This document shows positions 18,331 through 26,240 of a stretch of 43,163 nucleotides of DNA, piece after piece. The DNA lies in assembly GCA_001771615.1 (NCBI GenBank), contig MEUF01000053.1, positions 1 through 43,163 on the forward strand, written 5' to 3'. This DNA is from a candidate division WOR-1 bacterium RIFOXYB2_FULL_48_7 (lineage in GTDB: Bacteria > Margulisbacteria > WOR-1 > O2-12-FULL-45-9 > XYB2-FULL-48-7). The notes beneath the pieces were generated by a model. That model was not told the origin of the DNA. It worked only from the letters and a program-made list of their open reading frames with translations, and ran no database searches. A program made the translations under genes and the position numbers. How positions within the stretch are numbered: the first letter of the stretch is position 1; the number at the start of each line of letters is the position of its first letter.

Positions 18331-18756
18331 TCAAAGACCGTACTGATGACGTTTGTCGGTGGTGAGAGGAGAATATTTCCCCCGCTCCTTGATCCAGAGC
18401 TCTTTTTTTTCAATCGGCCGGGTATCGATATGGACCATGTTTTCTTCGGGATAAAAACCCAAGCCATTTATCCCTTCAGTTTTTTCTGCAAACTTAAAAA
18501 TTTCTGCCGCTGGGATGCCCTCAATGGCTAGGTTGACCGCTTTCCCTTTGGCATGCCAGGATAATTTTTCTCTTTTCAATTTTTCATTAAAGGCTTCGCA
18601 GTAAAAAGCAGATATAATTTTAGGCCTTTTTTGGAAGTGGACGGCAATTGCTTCTAGAATGCCGACCAGGCCGAGATGGATCCGGTATTCCCCCCTGCAT
18701 TCCGGGCAGCGGCAGGCAAAATCCTTGTGGTTAAAGTTTTCACTTAAATTTCCCAT
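18331..18756 (-). CDS. peptidase M15A (DUF882/YcbK-like) family protein with substituted active-site motif
   Basis: 141 aa with no signal peptide. Begins FNHKDFACRCPEC... and ends ...MVHIDTR, as in the family. The family motif SxHxxGxAxD reads SWHAKGKAVN (Asp to Asn), and SGYRC reads SAFYC. Confidence 0.65.
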   Translation of the reverse strand: MGNLSENFNHKDFACRCPECRGEYRIHLGLVGILEAIAVHFQKRPKIISAFYCEAFNEKLKREKLSWHAKGKAVNLAIEGIPAAEIFKFAEKTEGINGLGFYPEENMVHIDTRPIEKKELWIKERGKYSPLTTDKRHQYGL

Positions 18757-18784
18757 TGCCTAGATATTATATTACATATATAAT
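18756..18784 (+). promoter_or_regulatory. sigma70-type promoter TTGCCT-N17-TATAAT for the propeller lipoprotein gene (short leader with SD)
   Basis: The plus strand reads TTGCCTagatattatattacataTATAAT, followed by the SD AGGAGGG (18794-18800) and ATG 18804. Confidence 0.4.
18766..18771 (-). promoter_or_regulatory. -10 box TATAAT, 9 nt upstream of the M15 gene ATG (leaderless geometry)
   Basis: The minus strand reads gtaaTATAATatctaggcaATG. The -35 is weak (TGTTCA at N17). Confidence 0.35.
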
Positions 18785-18803
18785 CTGTTGAACAGGAGGG
18801 AGT

Positions 18804-19907
18804 ATGCGGCCAGTTTTTATCGTTGGTTGGGCCTTGGCGGTTGCCATGCTGGGCATGAGCATCGTCAGTTGCGGCGAAGTTGTTACTAGTGACACGACAA
18901 CAACTACTGCCGTCACCACTACAACAACAACGACGACTCCTGCCGGCTCAACGACTTCTACAACAACCAGCCCAACCACTACGAGTGGCGGGGCAACGAC
19001 AACTACCACTTCTGCCAGTACAACAACAACCCAGCCAAGCTATTGGTCATCGGTCAATTCCGGGACGTCGAATACTCTGATGGGTGGATTTTTTCTCTCC
19101 GGAGGAGTTTATGGCTGGCTGGTTGGGGATAATTCCACGATTTTAGCCACCATTAACGGCGGACAGAGTTGGCTGGATTATGGCAATGATGCGGGAATTA
19201 CTTTAACGGGGGTTTGTTTCCATAATTCGCGTGAGGGGACGGTTGTGGGGGCCAGCGGCTATATCGGGATAACTAGTGATGGGGGGGATAGCTGGACCAA
19301 TAAAACACAGCCGGGAATAAGTAATTATTTTAATTCCGTGGCGGTTGATGATGATTCAACCGAAATTATTGTCGGCAATGGCGGGAAAATATTGGTATCG
19401 ACCGACGGTGGGGTAAATTGGGCTGATCGATCAATTAGTGGCGGTGATTATAAGTCGGTTAAGTGGGATGGGGGTAATTTTTCGATTGTTGGCAGCGGAG
19501 AAACTGTCCTTTTTGGGACGGCTGACGCGAGCGGCGTCTATTTTACACGCAGGGTTTATGAACAAACCGACCAGCCGCTTGTGGCGGTTGCGGCCCATCC
19601 AGGAGTTGGCGGTACGTCAATTATTATTGGGACAAATGAGGCCTGGACAACGTTTGACGGTTGGGCAACGGTAGTAGCCAGCGGTGAATTTTTCTGGATG
19701 AATGCCGCCGGAGTAGCTTTCCCTGGAAATGGAAAAGCTTGGGTGGTCGGTGGAACTGGCAAAATTGCCGGCTGGAACGGGAGTGGCTGGGTTACTGAAG
19801 AAAGCGGCACAACCTCTGCCCTTTATGGGGTAATTTTCCCCAGTACTCAAGAGGGTTGGGCCTTTGGTTATCAGGGAAAGCTCTTGAAATATTCCCTGAC
19901 AAATTGA
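18804..19907 (+). CDS. lipoprotein with Thr-rich linker and Ycf48/BNR-like beta-propeller
   Basis: 367 aa. Signal plus lipobox (LGMSIVSC). A Thr-rich linker of ~47 aa follows. Repeated DGGxxW-type motifs occur (NGGQSWLD, SDGGDSWTN, TDGGVNWAD), as in Ycf48/HCF136-like and sortilin-type propellers. Confidence 0.6.
   Translation: MRPVFIVGWALAVAMLGMSIVSCGEVVTSDTTTTTAVTTTTTTTTPAGSTTSTTTSPTTTSGGATTTTTSASTTTTQPSYWSSVNSGTSNTLMGGFFLSGGVYGWLVGDNSTILATINGGQSWLDYGNDAGITLTGVCFHNSREGTVVGASGYIGITSDGGDSWTNKTQPGISNYFNSVAVDDDSTEIIVGNGGKILVSTDGGVNWADRSISGGDYKSVKWDGGNFSIVGSGETVLFGTADASGVYFTRRVYEQTDQPLVAVAAHPGVGGTSIIIGTNEAWTTFDGWATVVASGEFFWMNAAGVAFPGNGKAWVVGGTGKIAGWNGSGWVTEESGTTSALYGVIFPSTQEGWAFGYQGKLLKYSLTN
18894..19034 (+). 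repeat. low-complexity (ACN)n Thr-rich coding tract
   Basis: Encodes TTTTTAVTTTTTTTTPAGSTTSTTTSPTTTSGGATTTTTSASTTTT. Its antisense gives the spurious poly-Val ORF 18767..19009. Confidence 0.8.
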
Positions 19908-19932
19908 CAAGCCCAAGTATATTAGTTAAAAT
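19904..19932 (+). promoter_or_regulatory. sigma70-type promoter TTGACA-N17-TAAAAT for metK
   Basis: TTGACA (19904-19909) overlaps the upstream stop codon. TAAAAT is at 19927-19932. An ~75-nt leader ends in the SD aaggagg before ATG 20013. Confidence 0.5.
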
Positions 19933-20012
19933 CATATTTAGTTAGAAGCGAGCAAAACAACAAAATTTATCATTGAATATTCTTGTCCGTTCGTATGAAG
20001 GAGGAATAGTAA

Positions 20013-21209
20013 ATGAAGAAGCAGTGGTTATTTAGTTCCGAATCTGTGACCGAAGGGCACCCCGATAAAGTCTGCGATAAGGTTTCTGATGCGATCCTGG
20101 ATGCCATCCTCGCCAAGGACCCCACCGGCCGGGTAGCCGTAGAAACCCTGGTGACTAACGGGTTATGCTTAATTGCCGGCGAAGTGACAACAGGTACCTA
20201 TGTTGAAATCCCCAGTTTGGCCCGCGAAGTGATAAAAGAAATCGGCTATACCCGTGCTGTTTATGGTTTTGACTACGAAACTTGCGGGGTAATGGTCGCG
20301 ATTCAAGGGCAATCGAAAGATATTGCCAGGGGTGTCGACAAGGCTCTGGAAATCCGTGACGGAGAAGTCGTTAAGGAAGACCTGGAAGGACTGGGAGCGG
20401 GGGACCAGGGCTTGATGTTTGGTTTTGCTTGTGATGAAACACCCGAATTGATGCCCCTGCCAATCAGCTTGGCCCATCGCCTCTCACAAAAATTGGCTGA
20501 GGTCAGAAAAAACGGGGAACTGCCTTATTTGCGGCCGGATGGCAAATCCCAAGTCACGATTGAATATGAAGGCGACCAGCCAAAACGGGTGCATACTGTT
20601 TTAATTGCCGCCCAACATGCTCCGGAAGTGAAAATGGAGAAAATTCGCGAGGATATTATTGAACGAGTGGTCCTGCCGGTCCTGCCAGCCGAACTTATAG
20701 ACGATAAAATCAAGTATTATGTCAACCCCACCGGACGCTTTGTTATTGGCGGTCCGCAGGGTGATACTGGTGTGACGGGACGGAAGATAATTGTTGATAC
20801 CTATGGTGGTTATGCCCGCCATGGGGGAGGGGCTTTTTCCGGCAAAGATCCCACCAAGGTTGACCGTTCCGGCGCTTATGCCGCCCGCTGGGTAGCAAAA
20901 AATATCGTCGCCGCCGGTTTGGCCAAAAAAGCCGAGGTCCAATTGGCTTACGCCATTGGAATTGCCCGTCCACTGTCCATCATGGTGGATACTTTCGGGA
21001 CCGGTAACTTGCCGGATGACAAAATAGCCAAGCTGATTGATGAGACGTTTGATTTGCGTCCGGGGTTGATAATCAAGCAACTTGATTTGCGGCGTCCACT
21101 TTATAAACAAGTGGCTGCTTATGGGCATTTTGGCCGACCGGAATTAAATCTCCCGTGGGAAAAAACCGATAAGGCCGCAGAATTGAAAAAGCGGGCGAAA
21201 AGCCTGTAA
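20013..21209 (+). CDS. metK: S-adenosylmethionine synthase
   Basis: 398 aa. Motifs [40 protein letters not shown] and [16 protein letters not shown]. Confidence 0.97.
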   Translation: MKKQWLFSSESVTEGHPDKVCDKVSDAILDAILAKDPTGRVAVETLVTNGLCLIAGEVTTGTYVEIPSLAREVIKEIGYTRAVYGFDYETCGVMVAIQGQSKDIARGVDKALEIRDGEVVKEDLEGLGAGDQGLMFGFACDETPELMPLPISLAHRLSQKLAEVRKNGELPYLRPDGKSQVTIEYEGDQPKRVHTVLIAAQHAPEVKMEKIREDIIERVVLPVLPAELIDDKIKYYVNPTGRFVIGGPQGDTGVTGRKIIVDTYGGYARHGGGAFSGKDPTKVDRSGAYAARWVAKNIVAAGLAKKAEVQLAYAIGIARPLSIMVDTFGTGNLPDDKIAKLIDETFDLRPGLIIKQLDLRRPLYKQVAAYGHFGRPELNLPWEKTDKAAELKKRAKSL

Positions 21210-23945
21210 TCAGTCAATAGCGAAACGCTGGCCAAAAATTTCTTTACCGCCGCCGGTATAATCTTCCCAGATGACGGAAAAGGTATTGTCTTCCGGTTGG
21301 GCAGTGATTTTTGGCGCCCGGGCCCCATCTGCCGTCCTGACCATGAAACCATTATCGGCCCACTCAACTTTGCCTTTTTGGTTGATTCTTTGGAGGAATA
21401 TTTCGTACTGTTTGCCGTTGCGATAGTCTTCCCAGGCGACGATATAAGAACCATCTCCCCAACCAACAGCTTGAGGCGCGTATTGGGTCATTGGCAGGTT
21501 GGCCAGGCTAATGCCTTCTTCTCCCCAGGTCAGCTTGCCGTCGACAGATAAATAGTTCGCAAAAAGATCCCAGTTGCCGGCACGATAATCTTCCCACAAG
21601 ACAAAGGTTGGTGAAATTATGATTGGGTTTTGTTGTGTCCTGGCTGCCTGGCTGACGGGGATGCCGTCGGTTTGCCATTGGGCCTTGCCATCGCTATTAA
21701 CACGCTGCGCATAAATATCATAGCTTCCTCCGCCTTTATCGGTCCAGGCAATCAATGCTCCCCCCTGCTTGTCAGCCACAGCTTGCGGTGAGCGCTGGAC
21801 ATCGGGAGCAGAACAGATTGACATGCCTTCCTGCTTCCAGAGCAATTTTCCCTTTCCATTGATTCTTTGAGCATAAATATCGGGATTGCGGTCGCCCTGG
21901 CGGAAATCAGACCAGGCAATTATTGCTCCGCCGCTACCATCAGCTGTAATGCTGGGCTCGGTCTGGTCGCTATTTTCTGCGCAAATGGCTTGCCCGCCTT
22001 TACCCAGTAATAAATCACCGTTCCCGGAAATATGTTGAGCATAAATATCCTTTAGGTTAAGGGTACTGCGATCATCTTCCCAAACAACAAGGGCGCCGCC
22101 GGCCCCATCGCCAACAATGGCCGGATTTGCTTGCCGTGAGGGGGCTTTCCCTAACAACAGGCCGCCTTTTTCCCACAGCTTTTTACCGGCAGAGTTGACC
22201 CTTTGGCCAAAGATTTTTGGGGCATTGGGATCGCGGGCATCTTCCCAGATAAGAATAATGCCGCCATTATTATCAGAAATAGTGCGAATGTTTGTCTGTT
22301 GGGCTTTTACCCTGGCAACCGGCAAGCCATCTTTTCCCCAAAGCAAGGTGCCGGTGCGGTTCACCTTTTGCAGGTAAACATTTAAATAGCCGGAACGGGC
22401 ATCTTCGAAGGCGATAATTATTTCTCCTTGTCCGGCATTAACTATGGCGGGATTCTGATGGACAACTGACCCGATGGCGTGGCAGATTGCCATGCCGCCT
22501 GCTCCCCATAGGATATTGCCATCGGAAGATAATTTTTGGGCATAAATATCATAGTTGCCAAAACGACGGTCCTGCCAGGTAAGAAATACTTCCCCGTTTT
22601 TGCCGGCAACCAGCGAAGGTTTTTCCTGGTCTCTCCTGGCAAAACCGGCTAAGATGCCGTTTGTCCCCCAAACTGGGGTGCCGGCCGTGTTAACCTTTTG
22701 CAAATAAATCAACGAGTAACCTTTTCTCGCATCTTCCCAAGCGACTAACCACTCCTGACGGTTATTAAATTGCACGACCGGATTGCTTTGGCTGCCGCCA
22801 GATTTGGCTAACAGCCGTCCGTTTTCTGCCCAGCCGGTCTTGCCGGACGATAGAAGGCGTTGGATGTATACCGCGCTTTCTTCTTCACGATTATCAACCC
22901 AAACAATAACCGCTCCTCCGTCACCGTCGTCACAAAGCTTGGGTCTTTCCTGGGAGTAACTGATATTGATCACCGGTATGGCATTTTTGTCCCACAGCAG
23001 ATTACCATTGAAATCGACCTTCTGGGCAAAAATATCCATCTGGCTGTTGCGTGAATCTTCCCAGGCCAGGATGGCGCCGCCTTTTGTGGCGGTTATCTCG
23101 ACCCGCTCTTGGTTTAGGTTGGCATTGCAGACGATTATTCCGTCTTTTTCCCACAAGCCCTTGCCGGCAGAATTTATCCGCTGGGCATAGATATTGTTAT
23201 CTGATGACCCGTTACGGCCATCGGTCCAGGCGATGACGGCACCGCCGGCGTTATCACTGACGATTTTTGGATACCATTGGGTGCCGGAGGCGGCGCAGAC
23301 CGGCAGGCCATTTTCTCCCCAGAGCGGGCTGCCGTAACGGTCAATCCGTTGGGCGTAAATATCTTCGCCGCCGCCGCTGCGATAATCGTGCCAGGCAATA
23401 ATGACTCCGCCGCTGCCATCAATAATCATTTGGGGCGCAAATTGGCCGGCCGGCGCCCGGCAAACAAACAAGCCATCCCGGCCCCACAAGAGCTCCCCCT
23501 GGCTGCTGATATGCTGGGCAAAAATGTCAGCATTATCGTGGCGATAATCTTGCCAGGCAATGATGGCCCCCCCGGAGCCGTCAGATACAATAGTTGCCTG
23601 GGTTTGATTTGTGTTCATAGTGGATAACGGCAGGCCGTTACTCCCCCAGAGATAGTTGCCATTGTTATCCATCTTTTGAGCATAAATAGTGGTAAAGCCA
23701 AAGCGACCGTCTTCCCAGACCATAATTATGCTATTGTCTTCTGTTTGAATGATCAGCGGGCTTTGTTGGGGAGAATTGCCAATGCTATTGCAAATTTTCA
23801 GGCCATTCTTGCTCCACAACGGTTTTGGGCTGCGGACTGGGGAGCCTTTTTCCTCTGCCGTGACAGCCGGCAGGCCAATGAGCAAAAGAAAGAAAATAGC
23901 GATTAATTTTGGAAAATGAGCTTTGAATTTATAGAATTGTTTCAT
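21210..23945 (-). CDS. secreted repeat protein: 16 tandem ~55-aa units, predicted multi-blade beta-propeller(s)
   Basis: 911 aa. Signal peptide KLIAIFFLLLIGLPAVTA. The motif [IVL][YF][AGL]Q[KRH] has its Q at residues 90, 144, 199, 255, 308, 362, 416, 470, 526, 581, 637, 693, 747, (796), 852 and 906. Each unit reads roughly W.D.R....DIYAQRi...G..LW...G..v......P.i..DG.GGaiiaW. The ATG overlaps the smc TGA (ATGA). Confidence 0.8.
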   Translation of the reverse strand: MKQFYKFKAHFPKLIAIFFLLLIGLPAVTAEEKGSPVRSPKPLWSKNGLKICNSIGNSPQQSPLIIQTEDNSIIMVWEDGRFGFTTIYAQKMDNNGNYLWGSNGLPLSTMNTNQTQATIVSDGSGGAIIAWQDYRHDNADIFAQHISSQGELLWGRDGLFVCRAPAGQFAPQMIIDGSGGVIIAWHDYRSGGGEDIYAQRIDRYGSPLWGENGLPVCAASGTQWYPKIVSDNAGGAVIAWTDGRNGSSDNNIYAQRINSAGKGLWEKDGIIVCNANLNQERVEITATKGGAILAWEDSRNSQMDIFAQKVDFNGNLLWDKNAIPVINISYSQERPKLCDDGDGGAVIVWVDNREEESAVYIQRLLSSGKTGWAENGRLLAKSGGSQSNPVVQFNNRQEWLVAWEDARKGYSLIYLQKVNTAGTPVWGTNGILAGFARRDQEKPSLVAGKNGEVFLTWQDRRFGNYDIYAQKLSSDGNILWGAGGMAICHAIGSVVHQNPAIVNAGQGEIIIAFEDARSGYLNVYLQKVNRTGTLLWGKDGLPVARVKAQQTNIRTISDNNGGIILIWEDARDPNAPKIFGQRVNSAGKKLWEKGGLLLGKAPSRQANPAIVGDGAGGALVVWEDDRSTLNLKDIYAQHISGNGDLLLGKGGQAICAENSDQTEPSITADGSGGAIIAWSDFRQGDRNPDIYAQRINGKGKLLWKQEGMSICSAPDVQRSPQAVADKQGGALIAWTDKGGGSYDIYAQRVNSDGKAQWQTDGIPVSQAARTQQNPIIISPTFVLWEDYRAGNWDLFANYLSVDGKLTWGEEGISLANLPMTQYAPQAVGWGDGSYIVAWEDYRNGKQYEIFLQRINQKGKVEWADNGFMVRTADGARAPKITAQPEDNTFSVIWEDYTGGGKEIFGQRFAID

Positions 23946-26173
23946 AAGGCGGCTTCTGTCAGTTTGACAGAAATTACGCTGGAGACACCCGGTTCCTGCA
24001 TGGTTACGCCATAAATTGTGTCAGCGGCGGCCATAGTCCGTTTGTTATGGGAAATAACAATGATTTGAGTGGTGGACGAGAAATCCTTAAGCATTCCGGC
24101 AAAACGACCAATATTGGCCTCATCCAGCGCCGCATCAACTTCGTCCAAAAAGCAAAATGGAGAGGGACGGATCTTCATTAAAGAAAATAAGATGGCGATG
24201 GCGCAAAGTGACCGTTCCCCTCCCGATAAGAGCGAGAGCGCGGTCCAGCGACGCCCATTGGGGCGGACAGAAATTTCAATTTCTGCTTCCAGCGGCGGCT
24301 GGCCTTCGGCCAGGGCAATTTTGGCTTCTCCGCCGTTAAACAATTTGGCAAAAACTTCTGAAAAGATTGTCGAGATCTGGGCCATTGTCTGCAAAAAGTT
24401 CTCTTCAGCTTTTTGGTCCAGCTCAATAATCAGGTTTCGTAAATTATCTCGAGCACTGGTCAGGTCAGTTAATTGGACTTCGATGAACGATAAGCGCTCT
24501 TTAGCTTTATTAAATTCCTCAATGGCCAAAAGGTTGACCGGTTCCAGGGCGCGCAGGCGGGCCTTGCCATCTTCAATCTCGTTCTTGGCCTTGCCGGTAT
24601 TGCTGACAACGTAAGGGAGGGATTCTATTTCCGGCAGCGATAAATTATATTCCAGGTTCAGCCGATCGCTGATGGCAGTTATTTCGCCTTCTACCTTGGC
24701 TATCCCGACTTCCAGGACCGCGGTATTGGTCCCGACGGCCCGTTCATTTTTTTCTTCTTCGCGAAGTTTGTCTTCCAGCTCAAGAATGGAGGCCCGCAGC
24801 TTATCTCGTTCAGTCTTTAAACCGTTGATTTTGCCCAAAAGCGAAGTTTTTGCTTCAGGGTTCTCGCTGGAAGAGGCATATTTTTCCAGTTCAAGCTGAT
24901 GGGCATGCAAACTAAAATTGCTTTTCTCAACTTCCTGTTCGGTGCGCAGTAATTCCGCCGATAACAGTTCAATTTCCAGGGCATGGGTGGCTAATTGGTC
25001 TTTGGCTTCAAGCAGGGCGACCGTTTCATCAGACTCAATATTAGTTAAGATATCGGCCAGCAGGTTAACCAGTGACCGGGTCCCATTAATAATTTCGTCC
25101 ATTGCCTCGCTGTTAATCAGGGAGGTGCCGGGTTGTTGGCTTGATGAGTGGTGGGGATTTTTTAGGGCTTCAATTTTTTCAACCAAGGCTTGTTTTTTTG
25201 CCGCCAGTCCAGCCAGGATCCCCTTTTCCCGCTTGAGCTCCCCTTCGACAAAGCGGCGGTTGAGTTCCAAATCGCGCAAGCGGTCTTTTTCATTATCAAG
25301 TTTGACTAACTCCTCTTCAATTGTTAGTTCATGCTGGCGCAGGTGTTCGCGCTGGGCTTGCAGTTCGGCCTCTATCTCTTTGGCGCGCGATTGTTTTTCG
25401 ACGCTGGCTTGTCTGGCCAGGGCCAGATCGGTTTCCAGCTTGCCTTTCTTTTCCAGGAGAGCGGCAATTAGTTTTTTACTCAAACCAATTTCCAATTCCT
25501 TGACCTGGGCCTGGATTTCCAGGTAGGCGGCGGCTTTTTTGGCCTGTTCTTCCAGGACGACAATGTGTTCGCCGACTTCGGTGCGCAGGTCGTTAATTCG
25601 CAGGATATTTTGTTCGGCGGCAATCAGCTTTTTTTCTGCCGAGGTCTTGCGGGTTTTGTATTTATTGATGCCGGCCGCTTCTTCAAAAACTACCCGGCGG
25701 TCTTCCCCTTTGCTAGAGAGGATGGCATCGACTTGCCCTTGAGTAATGATGGCATAGGTCCCTTCGCCAAGGCCGGTATCCATCAGTAAATCTTTTATGT
25801 CTTTTAGGCGGCAGGCGTTTTTATTGATAAAAAATTCGCTCTCCCCGCCGCGAAAGGTCCGTCGCTTAATGGCGACTTCGCTGTAGGGGACGGGGAGCCG
25901 GCCGGTTGAATTATCAAACGTTATGACAACTTCAGCCAGCGAGAGGGGTTTTTTTTGTGAAGTGCCGGCAAAAATAATATTTTCCAGCGCTCCGACGCGC
26001 AAAAAACGCGTATTGTCTTCCCCCAGCACCCAGCGGGTAGCATCGAGCACATTGCTTTTGCCGCAGCCATTGGGGCCAACCACCGCAGTGATGCGAGCTT
26101 CAGGATTAAATTCAATGTCGGTGGAATCAGCAAAAGTTTTAAAGCCGCGCAGGGAGAGAGATTTTAAAAACAT
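23942..26173 (-). CDS. smc: chromosome partition protein Smc, unusually short (743 aa), no recognisable hinge domain
   Basis: I start at ATG 26173 (MFLKSLSLRGFKTFADSTDIEFNPEARITAVVGPNGCGKSN, Walker A) rather than the ORF-track 26299. The neck motif FEEAAGINKYKTRK is present. The C-terminal head has LSGGERSLCAIAILFSL, FCFLDEVDAALD and VISHNKRTM. Coiled-coil-like heptad sequence lies between the heads. Confidence 0.85.
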   Translation of the reverse strand: MFLKSLSLRGFKTFADSTDIEFNPEARITAVVGPNGCGKSNVLDATRWVLGEDNTRFLRVGALENIIFAGTSQKKPLSLAEVVITFDNSTGRLPVPYSEVAIKRRTFRGGESEFFINKNACRLKDIKDLLMDTGLGEGTYAIITQGQVDAILSSKGEDRRVVFEEAAGINKYKTRKTSAEKKLIAAEQNILRINDLRTEVGEHIVVLEEQAKKAAAYLEIQAQVKELEIGLSKKLIAALLEKKGKLETDLALARQASVEKQSRAKEIEAELQAQREHLRQHELTIEEELVKLDNEKDRLRDLELNRRFVEGELKREKGILAGLAAKKQALVEKIEALKNPHHSSSQQPGTSLINSEAMDEIINGTRSLVNLLADILTNIESDETVALLEAKDQLATHALEIELLSAELLRTEQEVEKSNFSLHAHQLELEKYASSSENPEAKTSLLGKINGLKTERDKLRASILELEDKLREEEKNERAVGTNTAVLEVGIAKVEGEITAISDRLNLEYNLSLPEIESLPYVVSNTGKAKNEIEDGKARLRALEPVNLLAIEEFNKAKERLSFIEVQLTDLTSARDNLRNLIIELDQKAEENFLQTMAQISTIFSEVFAKLFNGGEAKIALAEGQPPLEAEIEISVRPNGRRWTALSLLSGGERSLCAIAILFSLMKIRPSPFCFLDEVDAALDEANIGRFAGMLKDFSSTTQIIVISHNKRTMAAADTIYGVTMQEPGVSSVISVKLTEAAL

Positions 26174-26183
26174 GTTGCAAATA

Positions 26184-26212
26184 ATGATATCAGAAAGTAT
26201 CGGCTTGAGCAA
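26184..26212 (-). promoter_or_regulatory. promoter TTGCTC-N17-(TGa)TATCAT, 10 nt upstream of the smc ATG (leaderless geometry)
   Basis: The minus strand reads TTGCTCaagccgatactttcTGATATCATtatttgcaacATG. Confidence 0.4.
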
Positions 26213-26232
26213 CCGGGAGAATATGCTAAAAT
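26205..26232 (+). promoter_or_regulatory. promoter TTGAGC-N16-(TGc)TAAAAT, 8 nt upstream of the SLH-operon ATG 26241 (leaderless geometry)
   Basis: The plus strand reads TTGAGCaaccgggagaataTGCTAAAATgggcgcagATG. Its -35 overlaps the smc -35 on the opposite strand. Confidence 0.4.
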
Positions 26233-26240
26233 GGGCGCAG

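Noticed and set aside
17362-18756. XerC-type recombinase plus an M15 peptidase, considered as a prophage or integrative-element remnant.
   Set aside because: The recombinase has the canonical chromosomal XerC/D motifs. No other phage or mobile genes, att-like direct repeats or tRNA are nearby. The flanks are core housekeeping operons.
18767-19009. Poly-Val ORF (VVVVAPPLVVVGLVVVEVV...) on the minus strand.
   Set aside because: It is simply the complement of the (ACN)n Thr-rich linker of the propeller lipoprotein gene.
19933-20012. The metK 5' leader (~75 nt) as a possible SAM riboswitch.
   Set aside because: I could not find the conserved SAM-I core or any convincing pseudoknot or stem pattern of the small SAM classes. 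The leader is AT-rich and short. A covariance-model search (Rfam) would be needed to be sure.
25923-26240. First ~100 codons of ORF 25923..26960, antisense to the smc head.
   Set aside because: This region encodes the highly conserved Smc Walker A head on the other strand. A signal peptide and a promoter-like element place the real start at 26241.
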